Part shown: positions 23,308-35,448 of the stretch, piece by piece
Layout: each line of letters begins with the position of its first letter
How positions within the stretch are numbered: position 1 is the first letter of the stretch
DNA from: Rebecca billardiae RCC1528
Lineage: Eukaryota; Protista; Haptophyta
Length of the DNA: 64,000 nucleotides
Direction: 5' to 3'
Assembly: GCA_965240325.2 (NCBI GenBank)
Contig: OZ251225.1
Location: 1,922,001 to 1,986,000 of the forward strand
Position numbers and translations under genes: made by a program
Notes under the pieces: generated by a model
Databases searched by the model: none
The model's input: the letters and a program-made list of their open reading frames with translations, nothing else
Told to the model about the DNA's origin: nothing

Positions 23308-24939
23308 ATGGCAGCCGCCGCCACCCCGGGCTTCATCGTTCGTCGGAGTTATGAGTACGGCGCGGTGATGGACTTCGACTTCGCGTGCCACGCGACGCGC
23401 CTCGACGGCGGCTCGCGCATCCTCGCGCTCGGCGTGTACAACACCGCGTGGTTCCCGCACGTGGTCACCGACCTCCACGCCGCGGGCTGGGACGTGGGCA
23501 TCCTGCAGGCGGGCTCGCCGACCAACAAGACCGTGTGCAGTCGCAGCGGCTGCGCGGCGTGGGGCGTGGGCGACCCGCCGCTGATCAGGTACGCCAAGTT
23601 CGCTGCCTCGCACGGCTGGCGCGACCTGCAGGACGCGCTCGTAAGCGCCGTCGCCGAGTGGCGCCCCGCCTTCGTCCTGCCCGACTACCGCGTCTCCGCG
23701 CAGCTCGTCGAGAGCGCGGCGCGGCAGCTGCTCAAGCTCAAGGCGCGCACGCCCGAGCAGGAGCTCGTGCTGCGCTCGCTCGGGTGCTCGCTGCCGCGGG
23801 CGACGGAGAAGTGGGCCGCGTACAACAGCAAGATCGCGATGGTCAAGCTCGCCGGCGACCTCGGCGCGCGCATTGCGCGCCACACGCCCCTCTCGAGCTC
23901 GCAGGCGCGCGCGCTCGACAGCGGCTCGCGCGAGCGTCTCGCGCGCCTGCTGCCGCTCGTCGCGAAGACGAACTTCGACGGCAGCGGCAAGGGCGTGCAG
24001 ATCGTGCGCACGCGTGCCGAGCTCGACGGCTTGCTGCGCGCCCTCACCAACGGCTCGCAGCCCGCCATGCTCGAGCAGTGGGTCGACGGCTATCAGGTCG
24101 AGTACGCGGGCGCCGTCGTCGACGGCGAGGTGGTGGCGGGCTTCGGGTTGGCGGTCATCGTCGCCGAGAGCGAGGTGGGCCCGCCGGTGCTGCTGCGCAC
24201 GGTGAACCTGCCCGAGGCGGCGCGCTTCTTCGCCGCCTTCGTCAAACGCCTCGGCTTCACCGGCCTCGCCGAGGTCGACATGCGCGTCGACCGCGCAGGC
24301 CGCACCTACTTTCTCGATCCAAACATGCGGCCAGCGCCGTACGTGGGCGTACCCGCGGCGGCGCTCGGGCTGCGCGTGGGGCTGATGGACGCCCTGCTCG
24401 CGCAGATCAGGCGGGGCGCGCCCGTGCCCTTCGAGCGTGCGCACGCGCCCGAGCCGCTGTCCCGCGCGATCAACATCCTGCGCGTGCGCCGGGAGCCGGA
24501 GGGCGCGCTCGCGCTCGCTTACTGCCCTGACGTCTGGCTGCACCTGCCGTGGCCATTCGTGCTGCGCGAGGCGCGCGCGGGCGCGGCCGCGGGCTTCGAT
24601 GCGCGCGAGTGCGCGGTGCGCTTCCGCGGAGACCCGCCCAACGTGGCGCTGCGCCATCGCTGCCCGGCCTCGCTGTGCCCGGGCAGCTGCGCCGCGCCGC
24701 TGCTCCCCGCGCAGCCGCGGCCGCTGCCCGCGGACGGCGCCAGCTCGCTCGTGCACGAGTGGTGCGAGGGCAGCCTGGCGTGGGCGGCCGAGCACCTCGC
24801 ATGCGCGGGGCCGGTGGCACGCGCTGCGCACGTGGCCGCGCGGTACCACGACCACGGGGTGCCACTCAAGCTCTGCGGGCGCCCCGCCGGGAGCCGCGTC
24901 GACAGCCCGAGGTGGAATCTCAGCGAGGCTGGCGTGTAG
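23308..24939 (+). CDS. ATP-grasp domain ligase
   Basis: SKIAM, PLVAKTNFDGSGKGVQIV, EQWVDG, GFTGLAEVDM...YFLDPNMRP; intronless; start 23308 or 23368. Confidence 0.82.
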   Translation: MAAAATPGFIVRRSYEYGAVMDFDFACHATRLDGGSRILALGVYNTAWFPHVVTDLHAAGWDVGILQAGSPTNKTVCSRSGCAAWGVGDPPLIRYAKFAASHGWRDLQDALVSAVAEWRPAFVLPDYRVSAQLVESAARQLLKLKARTPEQELVLRSLGCSLPRATEKWAAYNSKIAMVKLAGDLGARIARHTPLSSSQARALDSGSRERLARLLPLVAKTNFDGSGKGVQIVRTRAELDGLLRALTNGSQPAMLEQWVDGYQVEYAGAVVDGEVVAGFGLAVIVAESEVGPPVLLRTVNLPEAARFFAAFVKRLGFTGLAEVDMRVDRAGRTYFLDPNMRPAPYVGVPAAALGLRVGLMDALLAQIRRGAPVPFERAHAPEPLSRAINILRVRREPEGALALAYCPDVWLHLPWPFVLREARAGAAAGFDARECAVRFRGDPPNVALRHRCPASLCPGSCAAPLLPAQPRPLPADGASSLVHEWCEGSLAWAAEHLACAGPVARAAHVAARYHDHGVPLKLCGRPAGSRVDSPRWNLSEAGV

Positions 24940-25021
24940 TAACTACACGCGCGATCTAGCAGCCCGGCAGTCATCATCAGTATACTACAGTCTAATCAGT
25001 ACGTATAGTATTAGCTACTGG

Positions 25022-28000
25022 CTACAGCCGTGATAATGCTGCTGCTGGCGCCGCCGATGAGCCCACTGTCCAGTACTGCCCCTTGCGCACAGCGTCACCA
25101 AACACGCAATCGTCCCTCCTCCCGCGAGCGATCTTGTTGCAGATGCCAAACTTGGGCGCGATCGCTGACACGCCCTCGTTGCCGAGCGGCGCGTCCTCGC
25201 AGCCGCACAGGTCCGGCGGGATGCGCGCATCCGCTCACGTGCGATTGGGCGGCACGACGTTCTCGGCGAGGTCGAAGGCCCAGGGGACTGGCGGCGCAGC
25301 GCGCGTGCGCGGCGCCAGCCAGCCGAGCAGCGTGCGGTGCAGGTCCAGCCCCGTGATCAGGCGTTGCTCGTTGGCGCGCAGCGCCGCGGCCTGGCGCCCG
25401 TCGAGCAGCTGCTCGGGCACGAGCAGCGTCGTCCACGGCGAGCGGTGCTCCATCTGCACCGACCAATCCGCGTCATGGACGCCCTTCTGCTGCAAGCCGT
25501 GGTCACCGCGCAGCACGGCGATCGTGTCGCCCCGGCTGACGAGCCGCTCGAGCGCGGCGCGCAGCGCGCCGTCCAGATGCTGCGCACGGCGCGCCTGCCA
25601 GCGCGCGATCGCACTACTAGTGGTGTGCGCGGCCGCCAGGCTGCCGAACGCAAAGCGCGGCACGTCCGGCGCGTACGCGTCCCACAGCTGCTCGAGCTGA
25701 CGCAGCGGCCAGTCGCCCACGCTCTCGCCGTCCGCGCTCGGGAAGCAGCTCGGCGGCGTGTCGTGGAAGCGGACGGTCACGCCGTTGGTGGTGTGCTCGG
25801 TGCGACGGCCGAGCTGGCTCAGCTGGGGAGGCACAGGCACGGTCGGCGGCCTCGTCGCCAGCGCGCAGAACAGCTTGTCGAAGCGATGGTCGAACGCAGC
25901 CGCCGCGTCGAAGAAGGTATCCGGCAGGATCCACGGCGAGCCCGCGGGGCAGAACTCCTCGACGAGCATGCACACGTACTCTTCCGAGCGCGCGACCTCG
26001 TGCATCCACACGGGCGCCGCGCGCTCGGCGTCGGCGGTGGCTGCGGCGCCGCCGCCGGCTCGCGCGCGGTTGCCGCGGTCGCACCGCTGCTCGACAGGGT
26101 CGGGCCAGCCCGCGACCTTCACCGTCTCAAAGCCGGGCGCCATCGTCGCGTGCGGCGAGGTGCCCATGCAGCCGGCGAGGAGCGCCATCTGGTTGGCAAT
26201 CGACGCGGTGCCGAGCACGTTGGCCTTCTCAAAGTCGAACGCTCGCACGCGCGCGCTCGGGCGCGCGCTCGGGCCGCGCGCAGCCGCCGACGGTGCCTCC
26301 GCCGAGGCGGCGCGCTCGGCGGCCGCGCCCCCGCGCAGCGACTGCACCCACGCAAACGTCAGCGGGAGGTGGCGCTGCGCGTACTTGCGCGAGACGGAGT
26401 CGAGCTCGAGGACGAGCAGGGAGGGCGGCGCGCGCTCCATCCGCGCGCCGCGCCGCTGCTCGCGCGCGGCTGTGGAGCGGCGCACGAGCCGCTGCTGCCG
26501 CGCGATGCGCAGGTGCACGTCCATCGACGAGGAGGGCTGGGGCGGACGGCCGTCGTGGCGCGGCACGCTCGTCACGTTGCACGCGACGATGACGAAGTCC
26601 TCATCCGGCCGGAGTGGGCCGAGCTCCGGGCAGCCGCGCCAGCCGCGCGGCGCGGTGGCGCACTCGCACGCGCTCAGCGCCTGCGCGCTGCCAGCCCGGG
26701 GCCGCACGCGCGATCCGTCAGCGCGCGTGGCCAGCGCGGTGCGAGAGGCGTTGGTGTTGCCCTGGCAGACGGCCACCTCCGACGCTCGCTTGCCCGTCAT
26801 CTCGGCCTGCGCGTAGAAGCTCCACAGCGAGGGCAGCACGTGCGGCCGCGGGCACGCCCCCTCCGCGCCGCCGGGCGGCGGGGGCGGCGCGCGGCCGCAC
26901 CACTCGGGCGGAATGCCCATCTGCGCGCACGGCCGTTCGGCTGGTACGGGCCGCGGCCCGAGCGACCTCCCCAGCGCTCGCGCCGCCGCCGGCCGCTCGT
27001 CCCGGAGGCCGAGCAGCTCGAGCAGCGTCGCGTGCACGTCGAAGTGCGTCAGCCGCGCGCTCGTCGCGCCCGGCGCGAGCGCGCGGCCGCGCGGCAGCTT
27101 GGCAAACAGGATGGGCTCGGCGCGCTCGCGCTCGCCGGGCGCGGTGAGGAAGTAGGGGCCGTAGTGCAGCCCGTGGTCGGAGAGCACGAGCGTCACCGTG
27201 TCACCCCGCGCCTCCCACCGGCGGAGGAACCCGGCGAGCGGCTTGTCCACCACGCCCGCCAGCGCCATCGAGTCCTCGTGCGAGTCCACCAGAGAGAGGA
27301 ACGTGCCAAACGGGCTGCGCGCGCGCTCGTGCGCGGACGCGAACGCCGTGGCGTAGCCGAGGAGCGCAGCGGCGGCGAGCTGCGAGCCCGCGCAGTTGGG
27401 CCGCGCCCACGCCGCGCAGAAGAGCTGCCCGAACTCCTCGCCGTGGCTCACGTTCGGCCGGAGCGACTGCACCATGTTCGAGTTGGCCACGCAGCCGTCC
27501 TCCGACTTGAGCGTCGCGACCGCGCGCGCGCGCAGCCGGTCCCACAGCCACGGCGTGGCCGCGTGCTCGCCCACGCCCTCGCGGCTGCGCAGCGGCATGC
27601 CCGCGTACAGCGCCGCCTGGTTCGGGCCCGAGTTCGGCCCGAATACCGTCAGGTTGCGCAGCTCGGCGTACCCGAGCTCGGCGAGCGCCGCCGCGGTGAG
27701 CGGCAGCGAGCGGCGGAAGTGCGCGCGCGAGATCGGGTCGAGCAGCACGAGCGGCAGGTCGGGCGGCCGCTCGGCGGCCGAGCTGCCGCGGCGGGCACCC
27801 GCGGGGCCGCTGGCTGGGGCGGGCCACGGCTGCCCACCCAGACGGCGCACGCGCTGCGCGCACACCGCCTGCAGCGGCTCCTTGCTCCCCGCCCGCTGCC
27901 GCTTCGGCGTGCGCCGTGCGCAGCGCACCCACACGCACGCCACCTCGGACGCCAGCGGGTGTGCCGCTGAGCACCAGACGCGCTCCACCCGAGGGGACGT

Positions 28001-29914
28001 GGGACCGATGGTGCGCTCGCGGCACGTGAGCTGCAGCGGCCAGCCAGCCGAGTCGGGCTCCGGCACCCAGCGCAGCGCCGCGCCCTTCAACCCGACGCAG
28101 TTCTTGAAGCGGGGCGCGGCCACTTTGCTCGACACCTGCACGTACGCGCTGCGCGCCGGGACGGCCAAGTCGAGGCCCTGCGTCGCAAACAGCAGCGCGC
28201 TGCCGCGCACGTGGGCGATGGCGTCGAGCTGGGCGCCGCCGCGGGTCAGGAGCGTGTTCGGAGGCAGCACGTCGTGCGTGCAGGCGAGCAGCTGCACCTT
28301 GTACGCGCGCCGGCGCAGCATGCTCACCGCGCGCTCCGCCGCGCTCGGCGCGGACGGCGGCATGCGCGGCAGCCCGTCCAGCGCCGGCCGGCCGCGGTCG
28401 CAGCCGGGCTGCGCGCCGAGCACGAGGTACGTGATCGTGCTGTGCGCGAGCAGCCTGCGCGCGGAGAGCAGCGCGCGCTCCTCGCTACCCTCCGCGTCGA
28501 GCACCATCAGCAGCACCCAGCCGGGCAGCGCCACCCGCCGCTCGTCAAACCAGCGGTCGACGCCAAACACGTCCCGGCCGCTGATCACGTGCACGGGCTG
28601 CCCGTTCTCGCGCGCCACGCGCACCACCGCGCTGGAGGCGGCCCACGCGCCCACGACGACCACGTCGCTGTGCGCAATGCGGCGCGAGAGCGTGCGCTCG
28701 AGGAACTCCGACATGACGAGGCCCGTCGCGAGCACGCGCGCGCCATCGCACCGCTTGCGCCTCCTGACGCGGGGCGATGCGCGCACCGCCGCCGCCCCAC
28801 CTGCCCGAGTCAAGCCACCGCTGCCGCCGCCGACATGCTGTGCCTCAGCCGGCCGCGAGGCGCTGCCGCTCCGGCGCAGCCCTGCGGCCGGCTGCGTGCT
28901 GATGCTGACCGCGCGCTGGACGGACGGGGGCGCGGCCTGGCGGGTGACAATCTCGAGCCTTCTCGCCCCATGGCGCGCACGGGAAGGGCAGTAGCGCGCG
29001 GCTTAGAAGACGTGCGACACGTGTGCGCCCGCGCGCGCAAACGCGAGGTCGTTGCTCAGCGTCAGCTGTGCGCCCGCGTGCGCGGCGTGGCACGTCGAGT
29101 TGCACACGACGCCGCGCTCGACGGCGCGGGTCCAGGCGGAGTCGCGGCCATAGAGGACGCTCTGCGCGTCGAGCGCGGTGGGCATCACCACAGCGCGCTC
29201 CGCCGAGGCGGCGCGCAGGCTGAGCAGGTCCAGCTGCTTCCACCCCGGCACGGACGCGTGCGCCATGTCGCACCAGCTGTGCGTGCGCTCCGCACCCAGC
29301 TGACCGATTTGGCGCGTGTACGCGGGCACGGCCGCTTCATCCGGTCGAAGGACGTGACCCGCGTGTGCGGACTCGCCGTCAGGAAGAGCGCCGCCGAATG
29401 GCCCGCGTTGAAGCCGGTCTCGCAGATGGTGAGGGGCTTGGGCTGGCGGGCCTCGGCGATGGCGTCCAGGTGCAGCAACACGAACGAACGCCACTTGCTC
29501 CGGGTACAGGTAGATACCCCCGGAGAGTTTCGACTTCGAGTGTGTGCCACCCAGCGACGGCACGATCGTGCGCTCCAGCTCGGCCCACGCGATGCACGCG
29601 GCACACAGCCGCTCGCGCAGGCGTCGAGGGCCATTCTGCAGCGCCTCCATCAGCGGGCCGTGCGACTCGGACGCCTGGCGCATGCTGTGCGCCGTCGAGA
29701 AGGCGTCGTCCAAGACAAGGTCGGCGACGCCCTCACACATCCCGTGGCTGTGCGTCCAGCCCGAGCCGCACGAGGGCCGCACCTTGTGCGACCAGCTGGC
29801 GTTGGCGTGATCTAGCCCCGCACCGAGCGCACCGAAGCGACGGCGGGCAAGAAGCAGCAGCGCGCACGCCGCGAGCTCGAGCAGCGACTGGTGGCGCCAG
29901 CGCATGGCGCCCAT
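25022..29914 (-). pseudogene. Disrupted ~1600-aa gene: class I methyltransferase (Methyltransf_24-like) + FkbM-like + two DUF229 (sulfatase/alkaline-phosphatase superfamily) domains
   Basis: ICETGFNAGHS...SFD; VLDAEGSE; LLDPISRAHFRRSLPLT and LELDSVSRKYAQRHLPLT; SDHG/GDHG. Lesions: 4-bp duplication at 29481-29488, frameshift/deletion near 29330, in-frame TAA 29005-29003, in-frame TGA 25237-25235. The frame otherwise stays open to TAG at 25024-25022. Confidence 0.78.
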
Positions 29915-30084
29915 CCACCCGTGCGCTGCAAGTGCTGTGACGATTGCTTGTGCCGCGGCGAAGCCGCCATCCCGCCGCGCTTTGCCGTTAAAAATCGCTT
30001 CCAGAGCGCGCTCGGCGGTCCGGCGGAACACTTCTTTTCTTTTATCCCGGCACTACAATTGACAAGGGGGCGATTCTCATCAGC

Positions 30085-31206
30085 ATGGCGGCCCGTGCCG
30101 GACGCACGCTCGCGCTTTTGCTCGCCGTGGGTGAGGCGGACACGGCGAACGTACGGGCGTGCCGAATCGTACTCGCCCGCTACGAATGGCATACGCTGCT
30201 GCACAACGTGGCCTACCATCGCCTTGCCGGACTCGAGTCGGATTGGATCTATCTCGACGACCGCGACGACCGCACTGGTTCGCTCAGGCCGCGCGCGATC
30301 GCCGCGTGGCTGCAGCCGCTGCGGCACATGCCGCACGTTGAGCTGCTCACCTACTCGCAGAACCTCTCAGCGACAGCCATGGGCGCCTCCTCGCGCACGC
30401 AAATGCACGCGAACCGCGACTGCTACCGTCGCGCGCCCGCGCACATTGAGTGGGTCCTCTTCATCGACGGCGACGAGTATATTGGCTCGCCTGGGAGGAC
30501 CCCGCTCGCGGGTATTCCACCGGACTCGACAGCCCCGTTCAGCATCGGCGCATGGGCGGCGGCCATCCCCGCGCGCGTGCAGGTCGTCGCGCTGCTGCGC
30601 TTCCACTTCTTCAACGAGCAGCTGGATCGCAACGGCAGCACGCGCGTGCCAGAACCGCCTGTCGCGCACGCGGGCCCGCGCTTCTTCGAGCCGCAGTTCT
30701 ACACCCTGGTGGGCAAGCTGCCCGCGTGCCCGGGCAAGACGATGGTGCGAGCGCACGCGGGCGTGGACGCGGGCTGGTTCCAGGTCTTCGAGGCCGGGGG
30801 CACGAAGCCCATTCCAGCCTCGTTGCTGCTGCCGCTGGGCAAGGTGCGTACGCTCAGAGGCCACTGCGACCCGCAGTCGGGGATGAGCGAGACAAAGGTG
30901 CGCAAGATCAACCCATCGTACGACGGTGCATTCCTGTACCACTACTACACCCGCTCGCTGTCCGAGTGCGCCATCAAGAAGGACGACTCGTCACACGGGA
31001 TCGCGTCCATCTCGTCGTACGGGGAGAAGACTGCTGTCTTCCACCGAGCGACGCAGAAGGGCGCCATGGGTCGGTGCGCGCTCGCGCGAGGAGAGGAGCG
31101 GCTGGAGAATCGAGACCTGACGCACCCCGGCCTTGTGCGGGCGGTCAACGAGGAGGTGCAACGCGTGCTAGATCGATCCGCCGCAGCCGTCGAGACGATT
31201 CCGTAA
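30085..31206 (+). CDS. Glycosyltransferase family 92 / GT2-like protein
   Basis: Signal/anchor, YHRLAG...IYLDD, Q..A.RDC, WVLFIDGDEY (DxD), GKTMVR, HYYTRS; intronless. Confidence 0.82.
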   Translation: MAARAGRTLALLLAVGEADTANVRACRIVLARYEWHTLLHNVAYHRLAGLESDWIYLDDRDDRTGSLRPRAIAAWLQPLRHMPHVELLTYSQNLSATAMGASSRTQMHANRDCYRRAPAHIEWVLFIDGDEYIGSPGRTPLAGIPPDSTAPFSIGAWAAAIPARVQVVALLRFHFFNEQLDRNGSTRVPEPPVAHAGPRFFEPQFYTLVGKLPACPGKTMVRAHAGVDAGWFQVFEAGGTKPIPASLLLPLGKVRTLRGHCDPQSGMSETKVRKINPSYDGAFLYHYYTRSLSECAIKKDDSSHGIASISSYGEKTAVFHRATQKGAMGRCALARGEERLENRDLTHPGLVRAVNEEVQRVLDRSAAAVETIP

Positions 31207-32703
31207 CAGCCACAGCAGGGTGGCTGGTTCGTCAGGCTAGCTTGACAACTGATGATGAGTCTTAAGTCTTGAGGCGTCGCCGTCGGTACAGGTCGATGAG
31301 CAGAATGATGAGGCTACATACAGGTGGATACGGGCTATCTGGACACAGGGGCTATCTGGACACTCAGCGGGCGGCGGGCCTTGTGGCGAGGGCTCGTGGG
31401 CGAACGAGCACGAGCGCCCACTTGCGGGTCGCCACGACGGCGCACGATGTTCGCTGAACTCACCTGGTCGTGAGACGTCGTCTGCGCACGCGCCAGGTCG
31501 CGCTTCTCGCCGCCTTCGCCTTGTTTCGTGAGTCCCGCGCACAAGGGCGAACGCCAGCGTTTCAAGCCGCAAGGCGCGTGCGCGGACTCAGGAAGGGCGG
31601 ACTCCGAGGCAAGGCGCGGTTGCGCTGGCGTGGGTAGGTCCCAGAGCAACCGTCCGAGCCGCTGCACACGCTTTTCCTCCGCGCGCGCGTCTCTGAGCTC
31701 GATTCCCATGCCTCAGCCAGTGCCAGGGGCTAATTGGACAGTGCCATTGCGGCCGCCACGCGCGGAGACGGGCCCGCAGCGCAGAAAGCGCGCTGCGGCG
31801 GAACTCCAGGGACCCCCTGAAGTCCGTCCCTGGCGCCCCTTCGACCCCAATGCTCCCAGGGAGGCCTCCGCGTGAGTTGGGTCGGCCACTGTCCAGATCA
31901 CCCGTATCCACCTGTAGGGCACTTTGAGACAAATAAAAGGCCGCCTTATTACTCTGTGACAGTGTGCGCACGTTAATGTAATTGTAAGGCGGCGGCCCAG
32001 TCACCTGTGGCGCCCACTGGGCGTGGTGCATGGCGCCCGCCTCGCACGCGCTACAGCGCCCGGTGAGGTGGACGCAAGTCTGTCGAGGCGCGTCACATGT
32101 GTGCCCAAGGTGCATGCCTGGCACCTCCGCTCGTTTGCCGGCCGCTCCGCTGCCCATGCCTGGCCTGCACACACCAAACGTAGCCGCCGAACAATAACCC
32201 GAACATGCCCCGCCACTGTGAGACGGCCGCGAACCGCGATGCACGGTGCCCTTCAGTGACGTGAGCAAGGTAGTCTACTACTGCAAGGGGACGCCAACCT
32301 GACGGCTGGCCATGCCATGGGAGGTAGTAGGGACGCCATATACGCGCCAAGAGCTCATGGGAAGCTTGCTCTCCCCAGTTGGTGAGCTCTTCGGGCGTGC
32401 GCACGCGGTTTGTCTCAAAGTGCCCTCCCCCCCCCCAAAGTGAGACAAACTTGCTGGTGCTCGTGCTCCTCAACGGCATGGAGCTAGCCCACGAGCTCGC
32501 GGCTTGCACTCTTCGTCTGATGCCCTCCACAACGACGTGCGCGCAGCGCGACCTGTAGCTACTGAAATCTTGAGCATCAACCATCCTGGCACGTTCGTTG
32601 GTCGAACGTTGGTCGAATGGTCGTCTCGGGATGAACGTTGGTCGAATGGTCGTCTCAAGCTGCCAGCATGGCGGCTTGAGCACTAACAGCGAGACCCATC
32701 GGC

Positions 32704-34701
32704 ATGGCGAAGCGGCAGCGTCTGTCTGGTGACGAGGACGGCGATCGCCGACGCTCGTCGGTGCGCCCCGCGCACGCCGCGCGGTCGCGTGTGCCCTCGC
32801 ACCTGCGCTCTTCCCTCCGTCGGCACTCACCTCGCTCAAGCGCGTCGCACGTGGCCCTGCAGGGCGGCGCTGGTTCACGCGACAGGCGCACGTATGGCTC
32901 GTCTTCCCCGCGCTCAAGAGCGGATGGCGGCGACTCGGACGAGCCGTCGGACGAGAACGAGCGCCACTTCGTCTTCCGCGCGGGGGACATGCTGAATGCG
33001 AGATGTGCGCGCGCGCCGAGCCCGCGCTGCGTCCGTCTGCGAGCGATGCACGTGTGCGACCTGACGCGCGCGCGCGCGCTGCTTGCGCACGTCGCGCTGC
33101 TGTCACAGATCGTGCGGTCTCGCTGCTTGGCACGGGCACGTTCGGTCGGGTGATCCTCGCGCGCGACACGTACGCATCGAACGACGTCGCCCTCAAGGTG
33201 GTGCGTGCCATCAGAAAGTACAGGTGAGCGCGGCGCGACGCGCACGCGCGCGCACCTCCTGTCCTTTGCGCGCGCGTGCTTCTGCTGATGCGCGGCCCTC
33301 GGCGAGTGCGCCCGCAGCAAGGAGGCCATCGTCGAGGCGAACATCCTCTCGGCGGTCCACGCCCGCGCCCGTGAACGGCGCAAGGACCCGTGCGCGCTCG
33401 CACCCGGCCGTGCCCAGACATCGCGCCGGCGCGCACCGTCGTGCGTGCAGCCGACACGACGCGCCTGTGCGCCGCGCGGCGCGCGACGCCGTGGCATGCG
33501 CAGGCCCATCGTTCAGCTGCTCGACCGCTTCGAGCACCGTGGGCACGTGTGCCTCGCGTTCGAGCAGCTCGGGCCGACGCTGCTCGAGGCGCTCGAGGCC
33601 GCGCGCAGGCCGCACCGGCAGACAGCCTCGAGCTATTTCTGCCTCGCTGAGATCCAGAGCATCGCGAGCGGCATCTTCTCGGGGCTCGACTTCCTGCACC
33701 AGATGGAGCTCTCGCACACGGACCTCAAGCCCGAGAACGTGCTGCTCTGCTCGGCGCTCACGGACGACGGCAGGCTGCCGCAGGTGCGCGCGCGCGCGTC
33801 GCCTCGGCCCTCTGCGCGCCCCGCCGCACCGTGTGGGAGATGAGGGCGGCATGCAGTTTCGGCTGCAGCCGATCGAAACGGATACTGTCGAGGCGCGGCG
33901 GCGACACCTGGCCGTGCGCCGGCCGGTCGCTGGCGCCCCGCCCGATGCGAACGCCCGCGCGGCCACAGCGCGACCGATCCCACCGTGGCGGCGCTCGCTC
34001 GCAGCGCACGCCGCGCCCGAGCGCTCACCCGGCCGCCGGCCGCGCGCGCTCTCTGCCGCCCGCCGCCCGCCCCCCTCTCTCCGCGCGCCGCGGCCACCTG
34101 GGCCCTCCCCTCCCTCCCCCTCCTCCGTGCGTTCGTCTGCCTCCCTCTCTCGCGCGCGCAGAGCGTCCGCGTCAAGCTGATCGACTTCGGTGGCGCGACG
34201 TTCGCGCACGAGCACCACTCAGACGTCGTGTGCACGCGGCAGTACCGCCCGCCAGAGGTGACGCTCGGCGTCGCGTGGGGCACCGCTGTCGACCTGTGGA
34301 GCGCGGCGTGCATCCTCGCCGAGCTGTACACCGGCCGGGTCCTGTTCGCGACGCACGACGAGGCGGAGCACCTGGCGATGATGGAGCGCTCGCTGGGCAC
34401 GCTGCCGCAGCGCATGGCGCGACGCGCGAGCGAGCGCGCCAAGCGCTGGTGGCTCAAGCACAACTCGCTCCTCTGGCCCGAGATTGCGCCGAGTCCGCGC
34501 TCGGTGCGCCGCGTGCGCGAGACGCCGCGGCTGCGCGACTTCCTGCAGCGCGACCGGCCGTGGGTGCGGCTGCACGACAGCTTCCTCCACCTGCTCAGCC
34601 AGCTGCTCGAGTGGGACCCGCGCGCGCGCATCAGCGCGCTCGAGGCGCTGCAGCACCCCTTCATGCAGGCGGAGGAGCTGCGAAGGGGCGTGTTCCTATG
34701 A
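32704..34701 (+). CDS. LAMMER/CLK dual-specificity kinase (4 introns)
   Basis: RS-rich N-terminus; spliced LNARYRAVSLLGTGTFGRV, VALKVVR, HTDLKPEN, DFG, TRQYRPPEV, EHLAMMER. Confidence 0.94.
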
Positions 34702-35448
34702 CCGAGCTCGGCGGCGCTGCCCCGGTGCACATGTCTGGCGGGGCGGCGGACGGCTGGCGACACGGCGCCAAGGCGGCAGCCGGAGACTCTAGAGACGGCC
34801 GTCGTCCGTCGACGGCGACGCACGACGATTCACGATGACGATGCCTCCGATCGCGGACCGATCGTCCGATGCTGCGATGGGCCGCCGATGGCTCGTCTTA
34901 GAAATACTCATGCAAGATGCATGTATATATATATATACTGGCGCGGCCGCGCTCCGCCAGAATCCTATTGGTCCATGCTACCCTGGTGCGGACAGAGCTT
35001 GCCGTTACCGGTCTCGACTCAGCGCGCGCGGAGCTGAGCCGCCGTGTCAGACACTAGACACTTAAGACAGTCACTCACACTGTCACAGTCAGTGACAGTG
35101 TCACGCGTCCGAGTACTCCGAGTTGTCACGCGTGGCCCGTGGCGGCCGTGCCTTGAGTCATAAAGACATCATAGTTCATCTCAGTCATATGATGACTATT
35201 GACTCATGCATCAGTCACACTGACACACTCACACAGGCCGACTCGGCGACAGCCACATTCATATTGATTCATCAGCACATATTGGCTTCCTGCCGCCCGT
35301 GCGGCGCACTCGCAGTCGCACGCGGGCCGTCCGGGCTTCGCAGCACGGGTACGATCCCGTCGTCGTCGACCTCCGAGACAGAGAGAGTCGGCGCAGGCCA
35401 GAGCGTGTGTTGGCGGGTTGGCCGTCTTCCATATATATTCTCGGCTCC

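Noticed and set aside
25235-25237. Selenocysteine recoding of the UGA
   Set aside because: Not excluded, but the same gene has a TAA and two frameshifts and I could not identify a SECIS by eye; a nonsense mutation is simpler
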